Of a DNA stretch of 64,000 bases, positions 26,800 through 37,921 are shown one piece after another. Below the pieces are notes generated by a model. It worked only from the letters and a program-made list of their open reading frames with translations, ran no database searches and was not told the DNA's origin. A program made the translations under genes and the position numbers. The stretch comes from Candidatus Latescibacterota bacterium (GTDB taxonomy: Bacteria; Latescibacterota; UBA2968; UBA8231), in NCBI GenBank assembly GCA_965206595.1, contig OZ242214.1, positions 928,001 to 992,000 on the forward strand, given 5' to 3'. Every line of letters starts with the position of its first letter. The stretch's first letter is position 1.

Positions 26800-29769
26800 T
26801 CAGGCCGCATCCTTCAGTGTATCGAGAAAATGCAACAGATCTTTTTCGATTTTTGGATTCGAGTTCATGGTCAGGGTCAACTCGCCCTTGGGCTGAGTGA
26901 GACGCCCGGCGCGATGCAGGAAGCGCTGACGCAAGGTTCCCAGGGTCTGGAAGGTCCACGCCGCCGGACGTTTGGCACGCGAATAGTTGGATCGCGCCTG
27001 CGCCAGCATCTGCATTTCGCGCCCCAGGTTGTGGGCCATCATCGCACCCAAAGTAACCATTCGGTTTCCGAGCAGCCGTCGGGTGGGGATCAGATCCAGC
27101 CCGGCCTGTTGCTTGGCCTCGGCGAAGATCCCTTCCTGAGCGCCGCGGCCATAGTGGAAGAGGAGCACGCTACGTGCCGAGCTCGGCTTGTTGGTAACCA
27201 CAACGCGGTACTCGTGATCGAATGCTCGGGGTTCGAACAGTGTAACCGTTCAGTCTCCCTGCAGTAGTTTGCGCATGTAAAGAAATACCTAAGCGGGTTT
27301 TCGGGTTCGTCGGTATTTTCGGATTGGTTGTGTGTTGCAGATTCTCCGGATACGAGCAACCCCATGAAGAGACCCCCTGAGGGTGCGATTTCCGAAGGCG
27401 ACTTGCGTCAGCGCATTGTCCAGCTCGAGCGGATCGTGGAACAACAGACGTCCCGCATCGCCGAGCTGGAGCAGGAATTGGCCCGTCGCAAGGGGCGATC
27501 CCGCCGTGGCGCTCAAACCTCCTCGTCGGGTTCCTCCACGCGGCGTACCGATGCCTCCGGCCGTCGCCGGTCCTCGGGGCGCTCGCCGGGCGGACAGCCC
27601 GGGCACGAAGGACCCGGCCGCTCGTGGGTATCGGTCGAGCAGGTGGACGAACGGATCCCGGTCAAGCCCAGCCATTGCCACGGATGCGGGCACCGGTTGA
27701 CGGGAGACGATCCTCATCCGCAGCGTCACCAGGAAGTCGTCCTCCCGCCGCTGCGGGCCGAGGTCATCGAGTATCAGTTGCACACCCTGCGCCGCGCTCA
27801 CTGCGACCGCCTGACCGCAGCCGGTTGGCCCGAGGGCGTGTCGCGCCACACCTTCGGTCCCAGCGTGCAAGCCTGGGTCGGCCTGCTGGCCGGGGCCTAC
27901 CGGCTGAGCAAGCGCAACATCCGGGCGTTGTTGTCCGACGCCTTCGGCCTCGAGGTGTCGCTGGGTACGGTCAGCCGACTGGAACGGGAGGTGGCCGCGG
28001 CCCTGGCGGCTCCGGTCGAGGAGGCGCGCGCCTTCGTTCGCCGACAGGGCCTCGTCAACGTCGACGAGACCGGCTGGCGCCAGCGCCGCGCCAAGGCTTG
28101 GTTGTGGACCGCGGTGACGGACGGCGTCACCGTGTTCTCCGTCCGCAAAAGACGCAACCGCGACGGCGTCGATGAGATGCTGGGTCGCGATCGCTATTCG
28201 GCCTACGCGCATCTGCCGCTGCGACGCCGGCACGTGTGCTGGGCTCATCTGCGGCGCGCCTTCGAGGAGTTCGTGGCCCGGGGCGGAGAGGCCGAGCGCG
28301 TCGGTCACCACCTGTTGGACCGCAGCGAGCAGCTGTTTACCCGGTGGCATCAAGTCCGCGACGGCACCCTGTCCCGCGCCCGCTTCCAGGACTATATCGA
28401 CGATTTGTGTCTGCGCTTTCGTTTTCATTTGTGCTATGGGCAGCGGTTCGCCGACGCCAAGACGGCGGCCACCTGCGCCAATCTCCTCGACCTCGGGCCG
28501 GCCCTGTGGACCTTCGCACGCCGGCCCGGCGTCGAGCCGACCAACAACGAAGCCGAACGAGCCCTTCGCCATGGCGTGTTGTGGCGTCACACCAGCTTCG
28601 GTACCCACAGTGCCGAAGGCAGCCGTTTCGTAGAGCGCCTGCTCACGGTACGCGATACCCTGCGCCAGCAGCAGCGCAACGTCCTCGACTATCTCAGGAT
28701 GGCCTGTGACGCGGCCGTGTCTCAGCAGCCGGCGCCCTCGCTGCTGCCTTCAACCCACTCCGCCATTCGTTAATATTCTGCTACCATTCCGCCCCCGGCC
28801 CCAACCTGCCAGGGAACTGAACGGTTACTCGAACAGATCCAGTTGCAGTGCTTCCTTGGTCTGGCGCTGTACCCTACGGCGCACGAAGAGAAACCGGTAC
28901 GAGGCCGGCCAGCTTTTGGGTTTCCAGTCCCTCTCGAAATAGGAGCATTGCTCATCGAGATAGCACCAGCGCTGGCGCGCCTCGATTTTGTCCTTGAGTA
29001 GCGCAAAGCGTTCGCAAGGGACACTGATCGTGCATCCGACGCCATACAGGTCCATGAGGGTAAGCGTGTGGTGGCTGAAGAAGGCGCTGTCCAGTCGGGA
29101 CTCGAGCACGGGGTGCGCCAGTTCGTCGCGCACGCGATCGAAAACGTTCATCATGAATTCATGAGCGTCCTTGCTGTCATGGACGTTGCCGGGCCGGTGA
29201 AGGACATCGAAGAATTGACCGGTTTGGGCCACCGTGCAAAACAGGTTGTAGTAGCTGCGCGCCCCTTTTTTCTTGGGATGGTAGCCGACCGCGGTACCTT
29301 CGGCATGACCACAAGTGGAGGACACCGAGCCGTCGAAGTCGAGGGTCAGGCGAGGACAGCGTTCGCGCCGGAGCGCTTGCACCACCAAGGTCGAAGACAG
29401 GTGGCGCACTTTTTCGACACTGGAAGGGCCCATTTTCGCCAGCGTGCGACTGACGGTGGCCACATCTGGAAGGCGACGTACGCCCAACAAGCGCAAGACC
29501 ACGGGATCGTCCCGGTAATAATCGACGTCGCGCAGCCGCCGGAAGCCCAGCAGCAGATGCAAGATGAGCCACATTACAATGAGATGGGGACCAAAGATCG
29601 CTGAGCTCTTGGCGGGGAAGCATGGCTTCAGTCGAGCCTTGAGATCCAGGCGCTGGAAGAGGAGTTGAAAAACAATCGTTCCGGCAAAGGAGGTAAGCTG
29701 TTGATCCTCGAAGCGAAGACGCGGGAGCTTGTGAAAACGGGCTAAAATGGCTTGGTTGCTACACTTCAC
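26800..29769 (-). pseudogene. IS1380 transposase, split by insertion
   Basis: Two ORF fragments (314 aa and 133 aa) contiguous once the IS66 is removed. Confidence 0.85.
27242..28828 (+). mobile_element. IS66-family element, copy 2
   Basis: Same IRs; target duplication TCGAACAG (27233-27240 and 28829-28836, one extra T on the left). Transposase 27328-28773 has an 8-codon in-frame deletion before 'DRYSAY'. Confidence 0.92.
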
Positions 29770-30132
29770 TTGCGGTGTCCTCCTGGAAGGGGTCGATAAA
29801 TGTCTTGGTCGACATCATCAATACCCCATTTTCAGAGACGCCGCAAGTGAAGTGTGGCAGTTCAGAGATGAAAAATGCCCTGTTTTTATGCAACCAGAGG
29901 GTGAACCAAACGGAATGATTCCTCACCCCAGCGGCTTAACCCGTGGTATCAATCTGACATGCTTCCGAGTTTCCGGGCTAAACACTTGAGGACCTGGATG
30001 TCCTTCTCTCTGGTATTTTCTCTACTATATTATACCAGATTTTCTTTAAATTCGCGGATTAGTTTACTAAAGTTGCGCTTGCGTAGTTATCTATATAATT
30101 CCCATGCAATCTTCCTCGGCCTGCTCACTGCC

Positions 30133-30738
30133 ATGAGTGCCACTGGCGAGACTCCTTCTTTCGAGAACGACTACGGCCGCGCCGATATCGGCAAGCCGTG
30201 GGAGTCGATGGTAGACGGTCAGGGCCTCTCTGGATGGCACGCCAGTGAAGGTCCTTTTACGCCTTCCGTATGGCGCCGCGAGGGAGACGCAATCATCGCC
30301 GACACAAAAGCGGCCAGCCGCGGGCGGCTCGTCCAGGGAGATGGGACGTGGGCTGCCTATGAATTCAAGGTACAGGCCACCATAGAGAAGGGATGGGCCG
30401 GTCCGCAGCTCGTGTTCGGAATCTCGGACGACGGCATTTCGTCGCACTTCCTGACATATCTGACCGGTTGGAAGACCATGGTCATTGTCCGCCGCAACGA
30501 GGAGACTCGTGAGGACGTCAAACTCGATGTCGTCGACTTCGTTATGGAGCCTGGTCGGGAATATGACCTTGTCCTCAAGGTCCGGGATCACTCGGTGACG
30601 AGCTACGTCGACGGTGTTCTGATCAATCGGTTGACGCTGCCGGGGGCGCCGCGCGGTGCCGTTGGGCTGGCTGTCTGGGGTAACGACTCTGTCGTTCTGT
30701 TCCGCGACCCGAAGATCAGGCACTACTACAAGCGATAA
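30133..30738 (+). CDS. DUF1080 (3-keto-disaccharide hydrolase-like) domain protein
   Basis: 'WESMVDGQGLSGW', 'WRREGDAI', 'YEFKVQ', 'VDGVLI', 'GAVGL....V.FRDPKI'. Start uncertain. Confidence 0.7.
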   Translation: MSATGETPSFENDYGRADIGKPWESMVDGQGLSGWHASEGPFTPSVWRREGDAIIADTKAASRGRLVQGDGTWAAYEFKVQATIEKGWAGPQLVFGISDDGISSHFLTYLTGWKTMVIVRRNEETREDVKLDVVDFVMEPGREYDLVLKVRDHSVTSYVDGVLINRLTLPGAPRGAVGLAVWGNDSVVLFRDPKIRHYYKR

Positions 30739-30882
30739 CCGCCACCACCACTGACCAGGAGGCACCATGGAAGACTGCATATTTTGTCAGGTGACTTCAG
30801 GGAATGCGGAATTGCTCGCCAAACTGACATGATGAATCACGTCACCTAACAGCACAAACTTGAACACTCGCTACAAGAACGA

Positions 30883-33114
30883 TCACTGATTCAGGATACG
30901 GACATCAGCCAGAAGCGTTTCGGAATCCGAAGCAAGGGCTTCGACGCGCCCTGACAGTCCGTCTCTTTTGCCCTCGAGCAGCCTGCCGTAGGCCTCGGCC
31001 CACCGCGCGTGCAGTTGCCAGTAAGGCTGGCGGTACGGCGCCATGATCTTGACGATTTCCGCATCGCGGTGGTCTTCCCACATGGCAGGCTCCACCTCGC
31101 CCATGCGCTTGCCGATCCGATCAAGCTGTGATCTGATGCCGGCATAAGGTTCGCACCCGGCCAGCAGGGTCTCGAGCAGTTCGCCTGCCTGGCGCGCGTT
31201 TTCCCCACCCAGTTCCAAGCCTCCCTCCTGCTGCAGGGCGTTCCTGGCAATTTCCTGCAAATGAAGCACTTGCGAAATATCCAATTCCCAACTTTTCGCC
31301 GTTGATATATCCGGCGTCATAACCCGCAAGGACTCTTCGATGCGATTGGCGCGGATGGCATCGGCTTCAGCCCGGCATTGCTGTGCAGAACCGATCATAT
31401 AGATATGCCCGTCACCCGGTAACAACGACACCTGCGATTTATCCGTAGCGTCCTTCAAGCTTCTCAGGTCCAGGACCTTTCGATCCTGCCAAGCAGCGGG
31501 AAGCTCCAAGGTCGCGGATTCGGAAGCGCTGACATTCTTGTTGACGACCACGAGATAATGGACGTCTCGCCTGGGCGCATGCAGCACGCCAACGATCACC
31601 CGATCTTCATTGTCCGTTCTTACCACGGTTTCGAAGTCCACCTCGGCGTCGAGCAGACGCCTGCCGATCGGTATCAGCAGTTCGCCAAGTCGAGAGATTT
31701 CCTCAAGGAGATTGTTTAGTGGATTGCACCATTGGTCGGCGAGCGTTTCGGCGCGATCCCAGTTGAAGTTGTAATAGATGATGCCCCGTGCCCCGCCGGC
31801 GATGGACCCGTAGGTCATGAGTCGAAGCTGGGCAAGGTTGGGAAGAATGGCACCCGGACGCCATTGCCGCGAGCGCGAATCACCGAATGTCTGCAGAACA
31901 ATCCAATGGCGCTTGTTATTCGATTCCTTGGCTACTTTATAGCACCATTCATACAAGTAGTCTGGGCTCTTGCCGAATCCCAGAGGGTAATTGTCGCTGA
32001 GATACAGGCATAAGTGTGGTTTGTATGCCTGAATGTTTGCTGGCTGAAAATGCGCAAAGGTCAGCGAGCTGAAACGCGTCGTGTCGAGCCGCGCCAATAC
32101 CCTGGCCGCCCCGGCCGCCGGCCAAAAGTCGAGAATCGGTCGCTCATCACCGATGTCATAGCCGATCACGGCTCGGTCACCGGCGATGGCGTCGACCCAG
32201 GGTTTGACGTATGCCTCGGCAGCGTCGGGGCCCCCTTGTCCGAAATGATGAAGGATAGGACGCACACGCGCGCTCATGCGCATGCCGGTTTGCTCGGCCG
32301 CCTTGGGGGTGGGGCCGAGCGTCAGGCTACCGTCATGGATATGCAGGAATGCCGATTGTTTGTAATTCAGGTGATGCCTTGCCATCACATCGAAAACGTG
32401 ACGGTGCGTGAGGTGGTGTTCCCCGATATCCGACGAGTCATCATACATCCCGAAGGGAAAGAACTCACGCAAGACAGCCGGTTCAGCCAGCGGGCCGTCA
32501 CTTGTCATTGAAAGCCATTGCCCTTCACGTTCCTGCTCCGTGGCGCTGAACTCACGCAAGCGCATCCAGTCGATTTCCAGTTCTGCGGGATGTTTGCAAT
32601 GAACCTTGATTGACAAGCCAACCAAAGCCTGCGGCCGCCATGCCTCGGGAATCGCCTCATCCGGAAACAGGCGCCACGCTGTCGTCTGCCATTGGACCAG
32701 GGGAGAAATATAGAAAGTGACCGTTCTCTCCGATCCGTCGGCAGACAGATACGTTGGCTGAACCTCCACGTGGATGACTGGATCCGGAGCAGTAAGCCTA
32801 TGGCGTATTTCCAGCATGGGATTGTTCCCAAGCGACAACTCACCAAGCTTTGGCCACGTCAGCTCTGCGCGATCCTCCATTTTGTCGAACTGTCCCCCAA
32901 GGGTGACAACACCTTCCCTTGAATGAAAGATCAGACGATCGGGCTCTGAGTTTTTCGAACTTCCGTTGATGAAGACGGGCTTGTCGGCACCATTCAGATT
33001 GCCGCCATCGAAATCCGTTCGCCAGGCTTCCTTCATATCTTCTCCCAAAACCGATTTGTTTGTAAACAAGATCACCAAGAACAGACACCAATATCTGCAA
33101 CAACTCTTTGCCAT
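30883..33114 (-). CDS. Secreted glycoside-hydrolase-like protein (743 aa)
   Basis: Signal peptide; 'FFPFGMY', 'GYDIGDERP', 'LRLMTYGSIAGGARGIIYY' resemble the 1-966 protein. Confidence 0.6.
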   Translation of the reverse strand: MAKSCCRYWCLFLVILFTNKSVLGEDMKEAWRTDFDGGNLNGADKPVFINGSSKNSEPDRLIFHSREGVVTLGGQFDKMEDRAELTWPKLGELSLGNNPMLEIRHRLTAPDPVIHVEVQPTYLSADGSERTVTFYISPLVQWQTTAWRLFPDEAIPEAWRPQALVGLSIKVHCKHPAELEIDWMRLREFSATEQEREGQWLSMTSDGPLAEPAVLREFFPFGMYDDSSDIGEHHLTHRHVFDVMARHHLNYKQSAFLHIHDGSLTLGPTPKAAEQTGMRMSARVRPILHHFGQGGPDAAEAYVKPWVDAIAGDRAVIGYDIGDERPILDFWPAAGAARVLARLDTTRFSSLTFAHFQPANIQAYKPHLCLYLSDNYPLGFGKSPDYLYEWCYKVAKESNNKRHWIVLQTFGDSRSRQWRPGAILPNLAQLRLMTYGSIAGGARGIIYYNFNWDRAETLADQWCNPLNNLLEEISRLGELLIPIGRRLLDAEVDFETVVRTDNEDRVIVGVLHAPRRDVHYLVVVNKNVSASESATLELPAAWQDRKVLDLRSLKDATDKSQVSLLPGDGHIYMIGSAQQCRAEADAIRANRIEESLRVMTPDISTAKSWELDISQVLHLQEIARNALQQEGGLELGGENARQAGELLETLLAGCEPYAGIRSQLDRIGKRMGEVEPAMWEDHRDAEIVKIMAPYRQPYWQLHARWAEAYGRLLEGKRDGLSGRVEALASDSETLLADVRILNQ

Positions 33115-33177
33115 ATCAAGGGCCCCTTTCTACCGATAATATCAAAAACAATCAAGCCGCCACAAAATGGATACGGG

Positions 33178-33236
33178 AAGGCGAGGCGGCCGTCGCGGCC
33201 TGTAATCGCGCCGTCGGTGGTGTCGACGATCTGCAC
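33178..33236 (-). repeat. 59-bp diverged copy of a segment of the TonB-receptor gene (36183-36241)
   Basis: Direct comparison shows 5 mismatches in 59 bp, four synonymous in the receptor reading frame (VQIVDTTDGAITGRDGRF/LA). Confidence 0.8.
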
Positions 33237-33350
33237 TCTTGGGGACTCTGAAACCGGGGAGTAACCCCTTCAGCCTCGCGCAAGTTCATCGATTGCCCAC
33301 CCACCCAGCTCGGGGCATCTCTTACCTCGTACCCGTGCCGGGACGGACCG

Positions 33351-34121
33351 CTAATTCTCCTCTTCCAATTCCGGCAGCAGCACGTACTTCACCCACCCGA
33401 AATCCGGGTCGATCTCGAGCGCCTTCTGAAAGGCCGCCCCCGCCGGCTCCCTTTCGTCCCTGTCCATATAAGCGAGGCCGAGCCAGGCGTAGGCTTCGCT
33501 GTGCCCCCATGCAGGCTCGACGGGTTCGGCAGGCTTCTCCAGGGCAAAGAGCTCCGCGGCCCGCTGAAATCCCTGCATGGCCCTTTCCTTGTTGCCTCCG
33601 AACATCCTGGGAGTGTTGTAATCGCCGATGGCCGCGCTCAGCACCACGCGCGGATTGTCGGGGGCGAGCTCCATGGCCTTCTTGATAGCCTTCCCGGCCT
33701 TGGGTCCGATGAACATGCTTTTGACAGAACTCAGGCCGATCTGGCGGCCGTACGCGCTTGAAAGCAGGGCATGGGCTTCCGCCGCCTCCGGATCGATCCG
33801 GGTCGCTTCCTTCAGATGCCCCACCGCGCTGTCGAGGTGTTCGGAAGCGGCGTCCTTGTTCTTCTCGCCCTCAGCCAGCAGCAGGTTGACGATGCGGAAA
33901 TCGGCCAGGGCGATGTAGTAGTGCGACCACGCGGCCAGGCTGGTATCGGCCAGGGCGCGCTCGAACGTCGCCCGGGCCGCGTACATCGCATCGAGGGACC
34001 CCTGGTTTTCTCCGGCATGCAGCATTCGTCTTCCACTGACGAGAAGAGAATCCGCCGATTGCGGGAAGGCGGGACAGGCGATCGAGAGCATGAAAGCGAG
34101 GGAGAGCGGAAAGCGCAGCAT
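33351..34121 (-). CDS. Secreted TPR-repeat protein
   Basis: Signal peptide; TPR helices; 'APDNPRV', 'TPRMFGG', 'PAWG' motifs typical of receptor-associated TPR proteins. Confidence 0.8.
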   Translation of the reverse strand: MLRFPLSLAFMLSIACPAFPQSADSLLVSGRRMLHAGENQGSLDAMYAARATFERALADTSLAAWSHYYIALADFRIVNLLLAEGEKNKDAASEHLDSAVGHLKEATRIDPEAAEAHALLSSAYGRQIGLSSVKSMFIGPKAGKAIKKAMELAPDNPRVVLSAAIGDYNTPRMFGGNKERAMQGFQRAAELFALEKPAEPVEPAWGHSEAYAWLGLAYMDRDEREPAGAAFQKALEIDPDFGWVKYVLLPELEEEN

Positions 34122-34148
34122 GGTTGGCCTCTTTGGTGAAGATGAAGG

Positions 34149-36367
34149 TCAGTAGTTCAGGGAGACGGTGGTGCCGAAGTAAACGGACCGGCGAAAGAGG
34201 GAGGTGCGCGGCCGTCGCCGGGTATAGTCGATGCTGTAATCGTAGTCGAGCACGTTGGCGCGGTTGAGCAGGTTGTTGACAGCGAGGTAGAAGACCGCCC
34301 GGTGCCCGGAGCCGAAGAACAGCAGATAGCTGAACTGTCCGTCCACCTGTTGAAAGGAGGGCAGCCGTTCCGAGCCGACCGGTCCTTCCACCGGCAGGTA
34401 GTAGCCTCTGCCCGCCACGGGCACGGCATCGACGACCGGGGTGATGGGACGGCCGCTGGCGTATCTCAGGGTCAGGCCGCCGCTCAAGGTGCGGACGATC
34501 CGCATTTTCGCGACCCAGGTCAGGTTGTGGGTGATATCGAACGGTGAAGGAGCTTCTTCGCGCAGCGTCTCAAACCCCAGGTGGCGCACCTGCATCCGGC
34601 GCGAGCGCAGCAGACTGTAGGCCATCCAGCCGCTGAAGCGCGTGTCGAGAAAGGCGCCGTACTTGCAGAAGAGGTCGACACCGGAGGCCCGCCCGCTGCC
34701 TGTATTTGCAAGGTTCAGGACGGGGTCATCCAGCACCAGATTGCGGTAGGGCTTGTAGTACCCCTCCAGCCGCACCAGGAACCGCCCGCGTTCGTGGTGC
34801 AGGCCGCCGATCCAGTGCTGGGCGCGCTGGGGTCCCAGATTCGGGTTGCCGCTGGTGGGGTTGTATGCGAACGGGGCGGGGAACTGGTGGTAGATGCCCC
34901 AGGCGAGCCGGGCGTTCGTGTCTTGCGAGAGCTGGTATCGCGCCGACAGGCGCGGGTCCACGACCAGACCGCCCCCGAGGCTGTGGCGGTCGGCGCGCAT
35001 ACCGGCATTGGCGACGATGCGGCGCCCTGGTTTGAAATCGACCTCGAACCAGGCGCCGGTACGCCGGGCGCTGTAGGAGGCGTCGAGCTCGAAGACCTCT
35101 GCCTCCGGGTCGAGGATGTCGCCCTGGGGGATGCTGCCCACGAAGCGGTTGCCGGCGTGCTCCACTTCGCTCCCGAAACGCAGGATCCCGAATGCCCCGA
35201 GGAAGCGTTCCCAGTCCGTGCGGATCTTGCCGGTCAGGTCGCTGGGAGTCAGGTCGAGGTTGCCCAGTTGCCGCCGGGCCGAGTGCCGGTTGAGCGAGGC
35301 GCTGGTCCGGATGGACCAGTCCGCCCATACATCCGTCCACTGGAGATTGTGCAGTGAGTTGTCGCTGCGGCCCCGGTAATGGCCGTCGAACGAAGGCTCG
35401 GCCACGCGCACGCCGATCTCGTTCCCCCCGTTGAAGCTGAACAGCTTGAGGCGTCCGGTCGGCGAGTACCGGTAGACCAGGTTGAGGTTGCCGTCGCGCC
35501 CCCGCGGAGTGATGACGAATCCGTCGCGGTGACCGTTGAGGCGGAACATGAGATCGGTAAGGCTGAGATTCTCCGTGAAGCGCAGGCCGAGCTTGTCCTC
35601 GACAAGGGGCAGGTCGAGTCCCACGGAGCCGGCGGCAAGGCCCAGACCGAGCGTATAGCTCCGTTGCGCGGGCATGTCCAGGCTCTCCATCGCCAGCACC
35701 GCGGAAAGCGCGTTGCCGTAGCGGGCGGAGAATCCACCCGTGGAAAAGGCCGTGCCCTTGACCATGAACGGAGGGATCGTGCCGAACACCCCGCCGGTGG
35801 GGGATTCGTACCGGTAGGGATGGACCACCGTGGCCTGGTCGAGCAGAACGACGGTCTCGCTCACGTCGCCGCCGCGGACGAAAAGGCCGGCCCCATCATC
35901 CACGGTGGCCACCCCGGGGAAGGTCTTGAAGGCGCGGAAGATGTCGGCGGAAGCCCCCGGCGTCGTGACCACATCGAGGGGGGAAAGGGTGACGGTCTCG
36001 TCCTCCCCGGTGGTGTAGGTGCTGGCCGTGACGAAAAGGTTTCGCCGAGCTCGATGAGGGCTTGCCGCAGCACCAGGCGAACCGTCGCGGTATCGCCCGC
36101 GGCCAGGTGCAGGGTCTGCCGGGCCGGTTCGAAGCCGATGAAGGTGGCGGCCAGGCCGCGCCCTCCGAGGTGCCGGGTGGAAAAGGCGAAACGGCCGTCG
36201 CGGCCCGTTATGGCGCCGTCGGTGGTGTCGACGATCTGCACGTTGACGAAGGCCATCGGCCGCTGTGATTCGTCGACGACCTGTCCCTGAACGAAAGCCC
36301 TGCCCTGCGCCAGGGCCGGCAAGGAGAAACAGGCGCCGAAAAGGAGAGCCAGCACTCGCGCGCGCAT
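34149..36367 (-). pseudogene. TonB-dependent receptor with N-terminal carboxypeptidase-regulatory-like domain, frameshifted near 36035
   Basis: 168-aa N-terminal ORF plus 607-aa plug/barrel ORF ('PGV....GLFVRGG', 'STGGFSARYGNALS'); frames change at ACC TTTTC GTC ACG GCC AGC. Confidence 0.8.
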
Positions 36368-36368
36368 C

Positions 36369-36704
36369 TCAGAGCCTGGCGCCGGCGATCACCGTCTGCA
36401 GGGCCTCGAGGTGGGTCTGCAGGGCCTTGGCGCCTTTTTTGGTGAGGCGGTACCAGGTCACCGGCCTGCGGTTCTCGAAGCGCTTGGACACGCCGAGGTA
36501 GCCGGCGTCCTCCAGCTTGCGCAGGTGCGCCCCGAGGTTGCCGTCCGTCTCCTGGAGGAGCTGCTTCAGGCTGGTGAAGGTCATGGCGTCGACGTCGGCC
36601 AGCAGCACGCAGGCGCCGAGGCGGCTGCGGTGTTCCAGCAGCTTGTCCAGCCGAACCAGGCCCCCGGAGGTGACCTCAGCCGGTTGCGACGGCTTCTTCA
36701 TCAT
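36369..36704 (-). CDS. Winged-helix transcriptional regulator (HTH_34/ArsR-like)
   Basis: 'F..LK.LL..TDGNLGAHLRKLEDAGY...K.F..RRP.TWY.LT..G'. Confidence 0.85.
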   Translation of the reverse strand: MMKKPSQPAEVTSGGLVRLDKLLEHRSRLGACVLLADVDAMTFTSLKQLLQETDGNLGAHLRKLEDAGYLGVSKRFENRRPVTWYRLTKKGAKALQTHLEALQTVIAGARL

Positions 36705-37263
36705 CCCTCGGTTTCATCCACAGGGCGCTGGCCACGAGAGCCGCGGCCGTGGCCAGTCCGACGATAGTCCAGGGCCAGGCCGGGATGTGGTCGACCGCGG
36801 CCGATCCGCAGATGAGCAGGACCCCCGGCCAGAGGGTGCGCCGGTCGAGGTGCAGACCGCCCAGGAAGAACACGGCGCCGGAGAGAAGGGCGAAGAGCTG
36901 ACCGATTACCCAGCCGTCGAACCGGTGGGAGAAAGCGATGGACATCACCGCCACCCCGCCGAAGAAGATGCAGCCCCAGTGCAGGGCACTCCTGGCGCCC
37001 AGACCGGACCTGAGGAGTCCCCGCTTCCTCTCCTGCCGGGTGCCCAGGCCGAGGCTGACCAGGAAGCCGGCGGCCGGGGCGACCATCCAGTACACGGGGG
37101 CGTACTCCATGGCGAAATCGTTGAGAGCGTACCCGGCGGCGATGATCACCGCCCACATGAGGGTTATACCCAGGTAGCGGTACTGCCCCTCCTCCCGCCG
37201 CTCCACCGCCTGGCGGACGAAGGACACGTCCTCTTCGAGCTTCTGCGTCACGTTGGGTTCCAT
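36676..37263 (-). CDS. Six-TM membrane protein coupled to the wHTH regulator
   Basis: ATG 37263 with RBS AAGGAG; 'EDVSFVRQAVER' N-terminus then hydrophobic helices. Confidence 0.7.
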   Translation of the reverse strand: MEPNVTQKLEEDVSFVRQAVERREEGQYRYLGITLMWAVIIAAGYALNDFAMEYAPVYWMVAPAAGFLVSLGLGTRQERKRGLLRSGLGARSALHWGCIFFGGVAVMSIAFSHRFDGWVIGQLFALLSGAVFFLGGLHLDRRTLWPGVLLICGSAAVDHIPAWPWTIVGLATAAALVASALWMKPRDDEEAVATG

Positions 37264-37333
37264 TCGTGAGTCTCCTTTCGCGGCTGCCGTCCCGGGAGCC
37301 GGGGGAGCGGCGGCCCTTTCCATTTGGTAAGGC

Positions 37334-37398
37334 TGCAGAGTTTTTCCAACTCATGCAGAGTTCTCTATAAAATAGAGTTGACAGGCCCATTGTCAACT
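37334..37398. promoter_or_regulatory. Divergent promoter/operator region
   Basis: Direct repeat TGCAGAGTT at 37334 and 37354; palindrome AGTTGACA-N7-TGTCAACT (37376-37398) giving TTGACA on both strands. Confidence 0.55.
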
Positions 37399-37438
37399 GT
37401 TTATTCAATACAGAATCCCCTACGTCTGGAGGCTACCC

Positions 37439-37921
37439 ATGAGACATCCGAAGAAAGCGACGCTGGCGATACTTGCCCTGCTGCTGTCCGTGCACGCCGG
37501 TCTGGCCCTGCCTGCGCCGCCCGACTCGGTGGTGGCAGCGCCATTCACCCCGGCGGGGGTCCAGGACCAGGGCCGCTTCATCCTCTTGATTTGGAATGCG
37601 GTGGAGGGAGCGGACGGATACCGGATTTACCGGGAGATAGCGGTCACTACGGGCACCGATGAACAGGGAAACCTGGTAGAGCAGGATCCCCCCGAGACTG
37701 CCCTCGTGCGGTGGGGCAGCATCGATCCAATGGAGCCTGTCGTCAGGGTCGTCGTCGCTACCGTGGACAGCGATACGAACAGTCTGTGGGCGGTCACGAC
37801 GGTGCAGAATACCGATGACGGGCCGGTGGAATCGGAGCCGGTGTACTTCCATGTACAGGTGGAAGGGATAGCGACGGGAGTGCAGGCACGCAGTTGGGGG
37901 GCTGTGAAAGCCGCCCAGTGA
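37439..37921 (+). CDS. Small secreted fibronectin-III-like protein with C-terminal 'TGVQARSWGAVK' tail
   Basis: Signal peptide; 'LIWNAVEGADGYRIYR' Fn3-like motif; tail motif shared with the 5101 and 55.4-58 kb proteins. Confidence 0.7.
   Translation: MRHPKKATLAILALLLSVHAGLALPAPPDSVVAAPFTPAGVQDQGRFILLIWNAVEGADGYRIYREIAVTTGTDEQGNLVEQDPPETALVRWGSIDPMEPVVRVVVATVDSDTNSLWAVTTVQNTDDGPVESEPVYFHVQVEGIATGVQARSWGAVKAAQ

Larger units (their letters stand above)
26758..29977 (-). mobile_element. IS1380-family element interrupted by IS66 copy 2 (ends approximate)
   Basis: Transposase halves 28829-29769 and 26800-27240 rejoin in frame (..QLDLFE|PRAFDHEYRVVVTNK..); motifs 'TLDFDGSV', 'GYHPKKKG', 'RLDSAF', 'GRGAQE'. 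Confidence 0.85.

Noticed and set aside
36030-36040. Programmed frameshift or phase variation in the TonB receptor
   Set aside because: Only a 4-nt run with no slippery heptamer; mutation or sequencing error is more parsimonious.
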